Source: an uncultured archaeon
Lineage (GTDB): Archaea; Asgardarchaeota; Lokiarchaeia; Sigyniarchaeales; SOKP01
Assembly: GCA_964525635.1 (NCBI GenBank)
Contig: CAZGJX010000013.1
Coordinates: forward strand, 1 to 51,008
Length of the DNA stretch: 51,008 nt
Reading direction: 5' to 3'
The notes under the pieces were generated by a model. The model made no database searches. It saw nothing but the letters and a program-made list of their open reading frames with translations, and had not been told where the DNA came from. The position numbers were made by a program, and so were the translations under genes. Below are positions 10,262-18,859 of this stretch, piece after piece; the first letter of the stretch is position 1, and the number at the start of each line of letters is the position of its first letter.

Positions 10262-11023
10262 CTATAATGTTATAAACATTGGTGTATTTTTTATAATTTC
10301 ACCAAAATCTACTTGATTTCTACCTTTTAAACTTAATATATGTTCTAATACAATACTTGGATCAATATTCAATTCTTTTGCTAAATCTTTTACAGATTTA
10401 GAATCCATTTTTAAAGATATTAGAATTCTATGTCGTTCATACTCATCTTTAATAGCTTGGTCAAATAAATTATTAAATTTATCTTCAGGATATTTTTCTC
10501 CATATACATTTTCCTGCTCTGTTATTACTCTCTGTCTACCTACTAAAGCTCTTATTCTATTATTACTTACTGACATTTGAATGGCTTTCAATTTGTTAAG
10601 TAGATCTTGATTTGGTTTTTCTCCACTTAATGGAGATGGTCCAAGTGCTCTAATATCTTCCACAAATTTAGATACCAACTCACCAAATCTCTGTCCTTCT
10701 GAAGCAGAAACCCAATCCAGTCTGATTCGATCATCTAATCCAATAATTTTTAGGAATTTTTTAGTCATGTCAAACTTTTTAACTGCCTCATAATTTCCTT
10801 CTAGATAATGGCAATCACCAATATGACATCCCATTACATAAACACCATCAATTCCTAATTCTAAAGCTTTAATAATAAATTTTGGATCAACACGACCACT
10901 ACACATTACCCTAATAACTCTCATGTTTGGGGGGTATTGTATTCTACTGACCCCCGCTAGATCTGCTCCAGCATAAGAGCACCAATTACATAAAAATCCT
11001 AAAAGTTTGGGTTCAAAACTCAT
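10262..11023 (-). CDS. mvhD: MvhD domain fused to a helical linker and C-terminal winged-HTH-like domain
   Basis: FLCNWCSYAGAD, VMCSGRV, GCHIGDCHY; C-terminal SVKDLAKELNIDPSIVLEHILSLK. Confidence 0.85.
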   Translation of the reverse strand: MSFEPKLLGFLCNWCSYAGADLAGVSRIQYPPNMRVIRVMCSGRVDPKFIIKALELGIDGVYVMGCHIGDCHYLEGNYEAVKKFDMTKKFLKIIGLDDRIRLDWVSASEGQRFGELVSKFVEDIRALGPSPLSGEKPNQDLLNKLKAIQMSVSNNRIRALVGRQRVITEQENVYGEKYPEDKFNNLFDQAIKDEYERHRILISLKMDSKSVKDLAKELNIDPSIVLEHILSLKGRNQVDFGEIIKNTPMFITL

Positions 11024-11028
11024 TTTTA

Positions 11029-12714
11029 TTAACCTCCAAATGCTAGAATTTCAGAAATTATTTGTTCATCTGTAAAATGTCTAATTACTATCGCATTACG
11101 GGTACACGTTGCCCCACATAAGCCACATCCTTTACACAATGCTTCAATAATTTCAATTTCATCATCCTTATTTTTCCTAATAGCGTTGTATGGACATATT
11201 TTTATACATATTTCACATCCAGAGCATAAAGATTTATTATATTCAGGTAAATTAGAAGTAGCTCCTTCAACCTCTATAGTTGCATGAGACAAAATTGTAC
11301 TTGCTCTTGCTGCTGCTGAATATCCCTGAGTAATTGCTTCTGAAATATCCACTGGCCATTTAGCTGATCCCCCAATAAATATACCATCAGTTGCAAAATC
11401 ACTTGGTCTTAATTTTACATGAGCCTCTAAAAAGAAATTATTTGCTTCTGTTGGTACTTTTAACATCTGAGCAAGTTCTTTATTATCTTCATTTGCTACT
11501 AAAGGAGTTGATAAAACTAAAAGATCATATGGAATAAGAACCTCTTTGTTAATATATTCATTAAATACAACAACTTGATTTTCTTCGATAGTTGGTATCC
11601 TCTCAACATCATATTTTATGAATATTATCCCTTCTTTTCTTGCTCGATCATAATATTCTTCATATTCTGTTCCAGGTGTATAAATATCTCTAAATAAAAT
11701 AGTTATATTCACATTTGGATTTTGTTCTTTTATAATTAAAGCGTTTTTTAATGCTGTCATACAACACACACTTGAACAATAAAGTCTTTTTTCATTTCGA
11801 GAACCTACACACTGTATCATTACCACGTTCTTTTTTGTTACTTTTTCTTTTATTAATAATGTTTCTAATTCGTATTGAGTAATTCTTTTTATTCCATCAT
11901 ATCCAAATAATCCTTTTGGGTTTAAAAGAGATGAACCAACTGCAACTATAATTGTTCCGATTTCGATTTTTTGTACATTTCCATTCTGTTCAATTTCTAC
12001 TTTAAAATTACCTACAAATCCATCAACATTTTTAATTTTAGATGATGTTAATACATTTAAATTTCGATTATTTTTTATCTTTTTAATAAAATTTTCAATA
12101 AATTCTGATGCTTTAATACTATAAGGAAATAATTTATAGAGTGAATTTAACCTACCACCTAGTTTATCTTCTTTTTCAACTAAATAAGTTTTAAATCCTT
12201 GATTACTTAAATTTAAGGCTGCACTCATTCCAGCAACTCCTCCACCAATTACTAGGGCAGTAGGATTAATATTAACTTTAATACAATCTAATGGTTCTAG
12301 CTTTGCTGCTTTAGCTACTCCCATTTTTACAAGATCCATTGCTTTGTCATATGCTCCTTCTGGATCTTTCATATGAACCCATGAGCATTGATCCCTTATA
12401 TTTACAAAATTAAATAGATATTGATTTAATCCTGCTTCTGAAATACATTCTCTAAATAATGGTTCATGTGTTCTTGGAGTACAAGATGCAACAACGACTC
12501 TGTTTAGGTCGTATTCCTTGATTGCATTTTTAATGCATGACAAACCTGTCTCAGAACATGTATATAAGTTGTCTTCACTATGAATAACATTTGGTAATTT
12601 GCCAGCATATTCAGTTATTTTTTTACAATCAATTAAACCTCCTATATTACTACCACAATGACAGATAAAAACACCGATCTTTATTTTCCGATCTTTCTCT
12701 TTATTTTCAGACAT
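11029..12714 (-). CDS. hdrA: HdrA-like flavoprotein (QmoB-like half; matches the C-terminal half of the 1004-aa HdrA)
   Basis: IGVFICHCG, ASCTPRTHEPLF, GGGVAG, QCVGSR..YCSSVCC, C-terminal 2x[4Fe-4S]. Start placed at ATG 12714 behind a GGAGATG RBS. Confidence 0.9.
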   Translation of the reverse strand: MSENKEKDRKIKIGVFICHCGSNIGGLIDCKKITEYAGKLPNVIHSEDNLYTCSETGLSCIKNAIKEYDLNRVVVASCTPRTHEPLFRECISEAGLNQYLFNFVNIRDQCSWVHMKDPEGAYDKAMDLVKMGVAKAAKLEPLDCIKVNINPTALVIGGGVAGMSAALNLSNQGFKTYLVEKEDKLGGRLNSLYKLFPYSIKASEFIENFIKKIKNNRNLNVLTSSKIKNVDGFVGNFKVEIEQNGNVQKIEIGTIIVAVGSSLLNPKGLFGYDGIKRITQYELETLLIKEKVTKKNVVMIQCVGSRNEKRLYCSSVCCMTALKNALIIKEQNPNVNITILFRDIYTPGTEYEEYYDRARKEGIIFIKYDVERIPTIEENQVVVFNEYINKEVLIPYDLLVLSTPLVANEDNKELAQMLKVPTEANNFFLEAHVKLRPSDFATDGIFIGGSAKWPVDISEAITQGYSAAARASTILSHATIEVEGATSNLPEYNKSLCSGCEICIKICPYNAIRKNKDDEIEIIEALCKGCGLCGATCTRNAIVIRHFTDEQIISEILAFGG

Positions 12715-12719
12715 ATTTT

Positions 12720-14027
12720 TTAACATCTCCTTATTATTTCAGCTGCTCTTGCTGCTGCACCACTAGCTTCAGCTACAGAGCGTGGAATGTCCATTGGTTC
12801 GTGTACACATCCACAAGTAAAAATACCTTCCTTACTTGTCTCTACTGGGATATAGGGTGTTGTTTTTATAAAACTATATTTATTTAATTCAATTCCTAAA
12901 ATATCAGCTAATTTTTCAATTCCTTGCGGGGGGATAATACAACTAGCTAAAACTACTAGATCAACTTTCATTTCTCTAATTTCTTCAGTATCTAAATCTT
13001 CATAAACAATGATAGGATTTTCTTCTTGATCTATTGTTATTTCAGCGATTTTACTTTTAATATAACTGATATTATATTCCGTTTGCCCTCTTCGTAGAAA
13101 AGATTGAAATCCTTTTCCCCCTGCTCTCATATCTATATAGAATACATATGATTCTAATTCATTATCATGTTCATAGGCAATCATCGCTTCTTTTGTTGTA
13201 TACATACAACATATTGAGGAACAATATTTTTTTATTCTTTCTGAACGAGAGCCAATACATTGAAGAAATGCTATTTTCTTCGGAGTTTTTCCATCAGAGA
13301 AGCGTTTAATATGGCCTCCTTGAGGACCTGAAGCACATTCTAATCGTTCGAATTCTATTGCTGAAACAACATTTCTAAATTTATTATATCCATAGTTATT
13401 TAGAATTTCTTTATCAATATCCTCAATCAAATTATATCCCGTAGCAACAATTATAGAACCTATATTTTCTAATTTAACAATTTCATCTTTTTGTTCAAAA
13501 TCGATAGCATCTTTCTCACAAGTTTTTTCACAGATTCTACATGCATTCTTTGTAAACCAAAGACAATTATCTCTATCGATTGTCATAATTGCTGGAACAC
13601 CTTGGAGATAATACATATATATAGCTCTTCTTTTCCTTAACCGACGATCAAATTCATCATTAACTCGCATTGGACATTTCTCAACACAAACTCCACAATT
13701 AATACATGCGTCCTCTTTAATATATCTAGCTTTTTTTAATATTTCAACTGAATAATTCCCAGCTGAACCTTCTAATTTTTGAATTTCTGAATAAGAATAT
13801 AATTTGATATTAGGATGACGATAACATTCAGATAATTTTGGAGCTAAAATACAAATTGAACAATCATTTGTGGGAAAGGTTTTATCTAACTGTGCCATTT
13901 TACCGCCTATACATGGTTTCCTCTCCACCATATTAACTTGAATTTCCATATCTGCTAAATCTAATGATGCCTGAATACCGGCGATACCGCCACCTATTAC
14001 TAAAACACTTTTAGATATCTTATTCAT
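12720..14027 (-). CDS. hdrA: HdrA-like flavoprotein (QmoA-like half with inserted ferredoxin; matches the N-terminal half of the 1004-aa HdrA)
   Basis: GGGIAG, DKTFPTNDCSIC, CINCGVCVEKCP, QCIGSR..YCSSICCMY. Confidence 0.9.
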   Translation of the reverse strand: MNKISKSVLVIGGGIAGIQASLDLADMEIQVNMVERKPCIGGKMAQLDKTFPTNDCSICILAPKLSECYRHPNIKLYSYSEIQKLEGSAGNYSVEILKKARYIKEDACINCGVCVEKCPMRVNDEFDRRLRKRRAIYMYYLQGVPAIMTIDRDNCLWFTKNACRICEKTCEKDAIDFEQKDEIVKLENIGSIIVATGYNLIEDIDKEILNNYGYNKFRNVVSAIEFERLECASGPQGGHIKRFSDGKTPKKIAFLQCIGSRSERIKKYCSSICCMYTTKEAMIAYEHDNELESYVFYIDMRAGGKGFQSFLRRGQTEYNISYIKSKIAEITIDQEENPIIVYEDLDTEEIREMKVDLVVLASCIIPPQGIEKLADILGIELNKYSFIKTTPYIPVETSKEGIFTCGCVHEPMDIPRSVAEASGAAARAAEIIRRC

Positions 14028-14071
14028 ATTTAAATTACCTCTTTATTTAGCATAAAATTAATTCTTACATT

Positions 14072-14947
14072 TTACAAAGTAAATTGAATGCTTTCAAATA
14101 GAAGATTAGGTTTTATTCTATGAAAATTAAAACCTAATTCCGTAGGATTGAATCCAAATGCTAAGGCAACTAATTCCGAAAGATAAAATACAGGAAATTT
14201 ATATTCTGAATTATTCTTTTTATTAAGTTCTTTCTGATTGAATTCAAATTGTTGATAGCAAGCAGGACATACAACAACTACGCAATTAGCTCCTGCTGCC
14301 TGAATAGCTTTCAATTTATTATCTATAATTTGAAGTGATAATTCTTTATCTGCTTTTTCAACAGGGTTACCACAACATTCAAGTTTTAAATCATAATCAA
14401 TAGATTCAGCTCCAAGAGATTTAATAACTTCATCAATAGTTATTGGTTCAAAAGGATCATCCCAATTAATTATCTCTGAAGGGCGTAAATAGTGACATCC
14501 ATAATGTACAGCCACTTTAAATCCTTCTAAAGATCGCACAATATTTTCTTTAATTTTTTCAATATTTTGATAAAGTATTTGAGCAAAATGATTTACATTT
14601 ACGTCTCCGTCGTAACTCTTTCCTATTTTTTGAAGATTTTGATTAACCTCTTTTTTAACTACAGAGTCTTTATTTATAAAATAATTTACACCTTTTAACG
14701 TTTCGACACATCCAGAACAAAATGATATAACTCCATCATTTTTGTTACATAAACTTAGATTCCTTGCTCCTAAAGCAAGCCAAGTTTCATGGTCTAGTTG
14801 TTCAATACCTGTGGGATCAGGACAACAACTAAAACCTTCTACATCTCTTAGTTCAATTCCAAGTTTTTCAAAAACTTTTCGAGAAGAAGCTTCTAAATAT
14901 GGTAGTCTAGCAGGAATTACACATCCTAAAAATAAGTCATATACCAT
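14072..14947 (-). CDS. hdrB: Heterodisulfide reductase subunit B
   Basis: FLGC, SCCPDP, CSGC, HYGCH, CCG, CPAC (two CCG domains). Confidence 0.93.
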   Translation of the reverse strand: MVYDLFLGCVIPARLPYLEASSRKVFEKLGIELRDVEGFSCCPDPTGIEQLDHETWLALGARNLSLCNKNDGVISFCSGCVETLKGVNYFINKDSVVKKEVNQNLQKIGKSYDGDVNVNHFAQILYQNIEKIKENIVRSLEGFKVAVHYGCHYLRPSEIINWDDPFEPITIDEVIKSLGAESIDYDLKLECCGNPVEKADKELSLQIIDNKLKAIQAAGANCVVVVCPACYQQFEFNQKELNKKNNSEYKFPVFYLSELVALAFGFNPTELGFNFHRIKPNLLFESIQFTL

Positions 14948-14950
14948 TTT

Positions 14951-15448
14951 TTACTCCTCTTTTTTTTTTAAGTTTTTATTAAAAGTTGTAGCCTTCATTA
15001 AAGATTGTATATCTTCTATAGGAGCTGTTATTATATTGGGAAGTCCTAGTTTTTCTCTTCTTGATAAGATTGCTTTTGAATATGGAATTGCGATACCATT
15101 ATCAAATACTGTTTGAGCTTGGATCAAAAATGATTCTGGTAATTTTCCCTCATCAAAGCATAAATTCTTTATTAATTCGAAAATTGATGTTAATTCAACT
15201 TTTTGTGGACATAACTCTACACATTTTTGACATGTAGAACATAACCAAACACTCGGGATTTGATCTTCAATTAATTCCTTTTGAAGCCCTAATATTGCCA
15301 ATTCAATTATCTTTCTAGGATTATATTTCCCATTTGTTAATAAAGCTATAGGACATCCACTTGAACATGTAGCACATTGATAACAATAACTTAATGAGGC
15401 ATTATGACCTAGAACTTGATTTCTAAAATCAAAATTAATTAAACTCAT
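14951..15448 (-). CDS. hdrC: Heterodisulfide reductase subunit C
   Basis: CYQCATCSSGCP and WLCSTCQKCVELCP; adjacent to hdrB. Confidence 0.93.
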   Translation of the reverse strand: MSLINFDFRNQVLGHNASLSYCYQCATCSSGCPIALLTNGKYNPRKIIELAILGLQKELIEDQIPSVWLCSTCQKCVELCPQKVELTSIFELIKNLCFDEGKLPESFLIQAQTVFDNGIAIPYSKAILSRREKLGLPNIITAPIEDIQSLMKATTFNKNLKKKEE

Positions 15449-15487
15449 GTGTATGTTTCTTTTCTTATTTTTTTTTTAATATAAATC

Positions 15488-15751
15488 TTATTTTTCTCCC
15501 AATTGTTTTTTTAGATCAATAAATATTGGAATTTTATTTTTGTTTTGTTCTATAACCACTTCTAAAATTCCATCCTTTATTGACGCAGAAATAGGATGAA
15601 AAGTACTTGTTTTGTTTTCCTTTTTAGTTTTAGTATTTAAACAAGTTCTCTTTTCATCGTATAATATACAATTAGAACAACAAAAACCCTCTGGCATATA
15701 TCCTACTATTGAACATTGATCATAATTATTACAGTTACAATTATTACACAT
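15488..15751 (-). CDS. Small 8-Cys protein (87 aa), first gene before hdrC
   Basis: MCNNCNCNNYDQCSIVGYMPEGFCCSNCILYDEKRTC; paralog at 16008-16169; ends 39 nt before hdrC. Confidence 0.85.
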   Translation of the reverse strand: MCNNCNCNNYDQCSIVGYMPEGFCCSNCILYDEKRTCLNTKTKKENKTSTFHPISASIKDGILEVVIEQNKNKIPIFIDLKKQLGEK

Positions 15752-15779
15752 TTAATACCACACTCAATAATTTTTAATA

Positions 15780-15834
15780 TGAGACTATTTATTTTGAATT
15801 TATATAATATCAAAAACTTTATTTTTAAGTCTCA
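15780..15834 (-). promoter_or_regulatory. Putative TATA box flanked by nested inverted repeats
   Basis: TTATATAAA (minus, 15799-15807) inside TTTTGA/TCAAAA (15792-97/15810-15) and TGAGACT/AGTCTCA (15780-86/15828-34), about 50 nt upstream of ATG 15751. Confidence 0.4.
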
Positions 15835-16007
15835 GTATATATTTAGGAGATAATTTTCAATCCTAATTCTTACTTTTTATTAGTAATTATAATCATTAAT
15901 TTGGAAATTTTATATCAACAAAATTCCTCTGTAATTTTTTTCCTTAGTTTTTAATGTCAATTATTTTAATGATAATGATTACCTATTTGGAATTATTTGA
16001 ATAAGAT

Positions 16008-16169
16008 TTAAGGAAAGAATTTAATTGACTGGTTATGTATTTCTAACTTATAATGAGAACACTTTTCATTAGGATCGTAATGTAAACATTTCTCACAACA
16101 AAAACCAATAGGTAAATATCCTATAATTGAACATTTTTCTTCATTATCACATTCACAATGATTACACAT
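16008..16169 (-). CDS. Unannotated 53-aa 8-Cys microprotein, paralog of 15488-15751
   Basis: Hand translation gives MCNHCECDNEEKCSIIGYLPIGFCCEKCLHYDPNEKCSHYKLEIHNQSIKFFP*. GTGAT RBS upstream; Cys spacing identical to the neighbour. Confidence 0.85.
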   Translation of the reverse strand: MCNHCECDNEEKCSIIGYLPIGFCCEKCLHYDPNEKCSHYKLEIHNQSIKFFP

Positions 16170-16454
16170 TTTTTAATCACAATAAAAAATTTTTTCCTGT
16201 GATATAATTAGGACATTTTAATATTTAAATATGATCAATTTCGTAATTGTATGATATAATGATAATGAAGATTGATAAAAAAATAAACTCTCATAAACAA
16301 AAAAAATAGAATCTAATAAAAATGATCATAAACTACTTATGATACAATAAAAATTGATATTATAATATAGAGTTGTATTTCTATTTAAATATTATTAAAT
16401 AAATAATAATCTAGAATAAAAAAAAAGGAACCAAATTAAGGTGAAGAAAAGAAA

Positions 16455-16757
16455 ATGGTATTTTATATGGTAACATTTACTTATCCTCCAAATAAAGTAA
16501 AAGAAGTAGGACAAACATTTTTATCAAAAAGAGACGTCAAATTACCTAATTATATAAAACCATCTGGAGTTTATATTGTAATGGATAAAGATATTAAAAG
16601 TTATGTCATTTATGAAGTTGAGGATAATAGGTCTCATGAAGGTTTTATAGCTATTGTGAATAGATTTACTGAATATTTCGATATTGAAGGATCAAAATTC
16701 AAAATAGAGCATCTTCTAACTACAAATGAAGCACTGGGTTTAATTGGATTAGATTAA
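16455..16757 (+). CDS. Small hypothetical protein (DUF3303/GYD-like ferredoxin-type fold)
   Basis: 100 aa, GGTGA RBS, alternating beta/alpha pattern ending LLTTNEALGLIG. Confidence 0.6.
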   Translation: MVFYMVTFTYPPNKVKEVGQTFLSKRDVKLPNYIKPSGVYIVMDKDIKSYVIYEVEDNRSHEGFIAIVNRFTEYFDIEGSKFKIEHLLTTNEALGLIGLD

Positions 16758-16970
16758 AAATTATTTATATATTATTTATAATTTTTTTTTTCCAATTAAT
16801 TTTATTAATTAGTCCTTTTCAACTACCAAAAAAAGTATCCTGATAATAAACCTTTATTATTATTTACAATAAAAATTATAAATGAAAATATAAATTAGAA
16901 TTTATATTGATATTATAAAATTTTCAATAATTCAATTAGTAAAATATTAAAAAAAAAAAAAGTGATTTAT

Positions 16971-17870
16971 TTGGCAAAAAAAAAAAGTACTGAAAGCAGT
17001 ACAAAAAAAACTACAACTAAAAAGCCTGCGACCCAGAAAAGTAGTGCTAAGAAGCCAGAAGCCAAAACTAAAGGAGTAGATCAGCGGCAGACTAAGAAGA
17101 AAATAAAAGTAAACTTTTGGAGAACGCGGCTCCACGATGAAGAACTCGGGATTCACCAACAACTTAAATATCAAGCAAAAACAAGATGGTTTTCAAAAAA
17201 CTTTGATATTGAAGGAATCATAGAAATTGATGGTAAAAAAGAATATATTATTGCATTTAATAAAGAAGAATGGGAAGAAACTCCAGAAGATAAGCAAAAA
17301 CGACTAAATCTTCGTGTCTTTACAATAATGGAAGAATCTCTAAACGTTGGACAGGGAGGTAATTATAAAGGAGGAATAGAATGGAGTGTAGCTCATTCTT
17401 TGCTTCAATCTTTTGAAAATGGACGCATATCTCCTGTATTCTATGTTCAACTTCCAGGAATAAAAAGTATTATTCCTATATCTGCTGGATGGAGATTGAA
17501 AGGAACTCGTTATACATGGCCTCTCCTTCCTGAAGATAAAGATGATAAATTCCAAGTTGTAAAAGCTAAAGGAGTTGTTGGTTTGGGAAGAGATTTTGAA
17601 TTATTCCTAGGAGACATTAAAGTAGGGAGAATTGATAATCAACGTCTTCAAAATGAGTTTGAAATTGAGATCTATGATGAAAATCTTGCAAAAGATAAAA
17701 CATTCATACATACGATATTATTATTTGCATGTGGTGCTCAATTTCTGGAAGAAATTGAAGATATAATTAAAAAATATTTTAAAATGATGGAAAAGACAGG
17801 AACTACAGATTATAAAATTCCTAAAGCTGAAATGGATTTATTTAGAAATCCACGAATGATGAGGAGATAA
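16971..17870 (+). CDS. Hypothetical protein with Lys-rich N-terminal tail, possible Tubby-C/LURP-one-like barrel
   Basis: About 300-aa ORF, likely TTG start after GTGAT. C-terminal beta-meander (GRDFELFLGDIKVGRID..FEIEIYD) followed by a hydrophobic helix. Confidence 0.6.
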   Translation: MAKKKSTESSTKKTTTKKPATQKSSAKKPEAKTKGVDQRQTKKKIKVNFWRTRLHDEELGIHQQLKYQAKTRWFSKNFDIEGIIEIDGKKEYIIAFNKEEWEETPEDKQKRLNLRVFTIMEESLNVGQGGNYKGGIEWSVAHSLLQSFENGRISPVFYVQLPGIKSIIPISAGWRLKGTRYTWPLLPEDKDDKFQVVKAKGVVGLGRDFELFLGDIKVGRIDNQRLQNEFEIEIYDENLAKDKTFIHTILLFACGAQFLEEIEDIIKKYFKMMEKTGTTDYKIPKAEMDLFRNPRMMRR

Positions 17871-17979
17871 ATTTAAACTAGTAAATTATTAAATAATTTC
17901 AATAATGTAAAAATATTTTATTGAGTTATTACAAAAAAAAAGTAAAAAAAAAATTTTATTTTACATCCTTTTTTTTAAT

Positions 17980-18753
17980 TTATTCAAGCATTTTTTTTTT
18001 CCATTCAATATATCCTTTAGTTTCTTGACCTCTATAAAGAGCTTTTCTTCCAGTATCTTTTTTATAGACTTTTTGTAGTGTTTTTTCTTCAGCTTCTCTC
18101 AATTGTTCTTTTACTATACGCTGATCAACCTCAGTTTCCTCTTCTATTTGCTTTATATTCTTCAAGACGAAATATATTCCATGATTCCAAAAGTAAAAAA
18201 GAAGAAATGCTATCCCAATAATCATAAAGATAAAGATACCTAAATCTAAAATCCATCTCCAAATCTCTATATGCCAAAACATCCATATAAAAAACTCTAA
18301 AATTGCTTTTGAAAAGCCCGGTATTACTGCAACAAGGATAAAGAATACTGTAAATACAACTCCTACAACAGTAACTCCAAATAAATATCTCAACGTTGTA
18401 TAATCTTCCCATTTCTTCGCAATTTTTTTATCTTTAAATATAGCTTTACAGATTTTAAAGATTCCTCCACGGAATAGAGTATAGAATAGCACTAATAATA
18501 ATAGATGACCTGTAATAGCAGCAGCAATGATAGCTATTTGGTATCCTATATGAAGGTTAAGAAAAATATCAATTTTTCCTGAAGTTATTAATAAATCAAG
18601 GATCCATCCCCAAATACCCAATACAAGAATTGCAGAACCTATTATAATTGCATAATAGAACCATTTTGCAATCCTTATATCCCATGTACTATAAGCATCA
18701 AGAGGATCTGGAGCTGTGTCCGGAGCCTTTCTTGCAGTTCTCCCTCTTGCCAT
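17980..18753 (-). CDS. Hypothetical multi-pass membrane protein
   Basis: About 4 hydrophobic helices in two hairpins; soluble C-terminus YKKDTGRKALYRGQETKGYIEWKK. Confidence 0.75.
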   Translation of the reverse strand: MARGRTARKAPDTAPDPLDAYSTWDIRIAKWFYYAIIIGSAILVLGIWGWILDLLITSGKIDIFLNLHIGYQIAIIAAAITGHLLLLVLFYTLFRGGIFKICKAIFKDKKIAKKWEDYTTLRYLFGVTVVGVVFTVFFILVAVIPGFSKAILEFFIWMFWHIEIWRWILDLGIFIFMIIGIAFLLFYFWNHGIYFVLKNIKQIEEETEVDQRIVKEQLREAEEKTLQKVYKKDTGRKALYRGQETKGYIEWKKKMLE

Positions 18754-18859
18754 AGTTATTTCAACTTATTATTTATTTAAAAATATTTCATATGTTTTGT
18801 ATAATATATTTATCTTCGATATATTAACTTATAAGTTTATTTATTATTCAATAAATTTC

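Noticed and set aside
12714-12726. Frameshift or programmed recoding joining the two hdrA halves
   Set aside because: Clean stop, separate RBS and ATG, and the linker differs from that of the fused paralog
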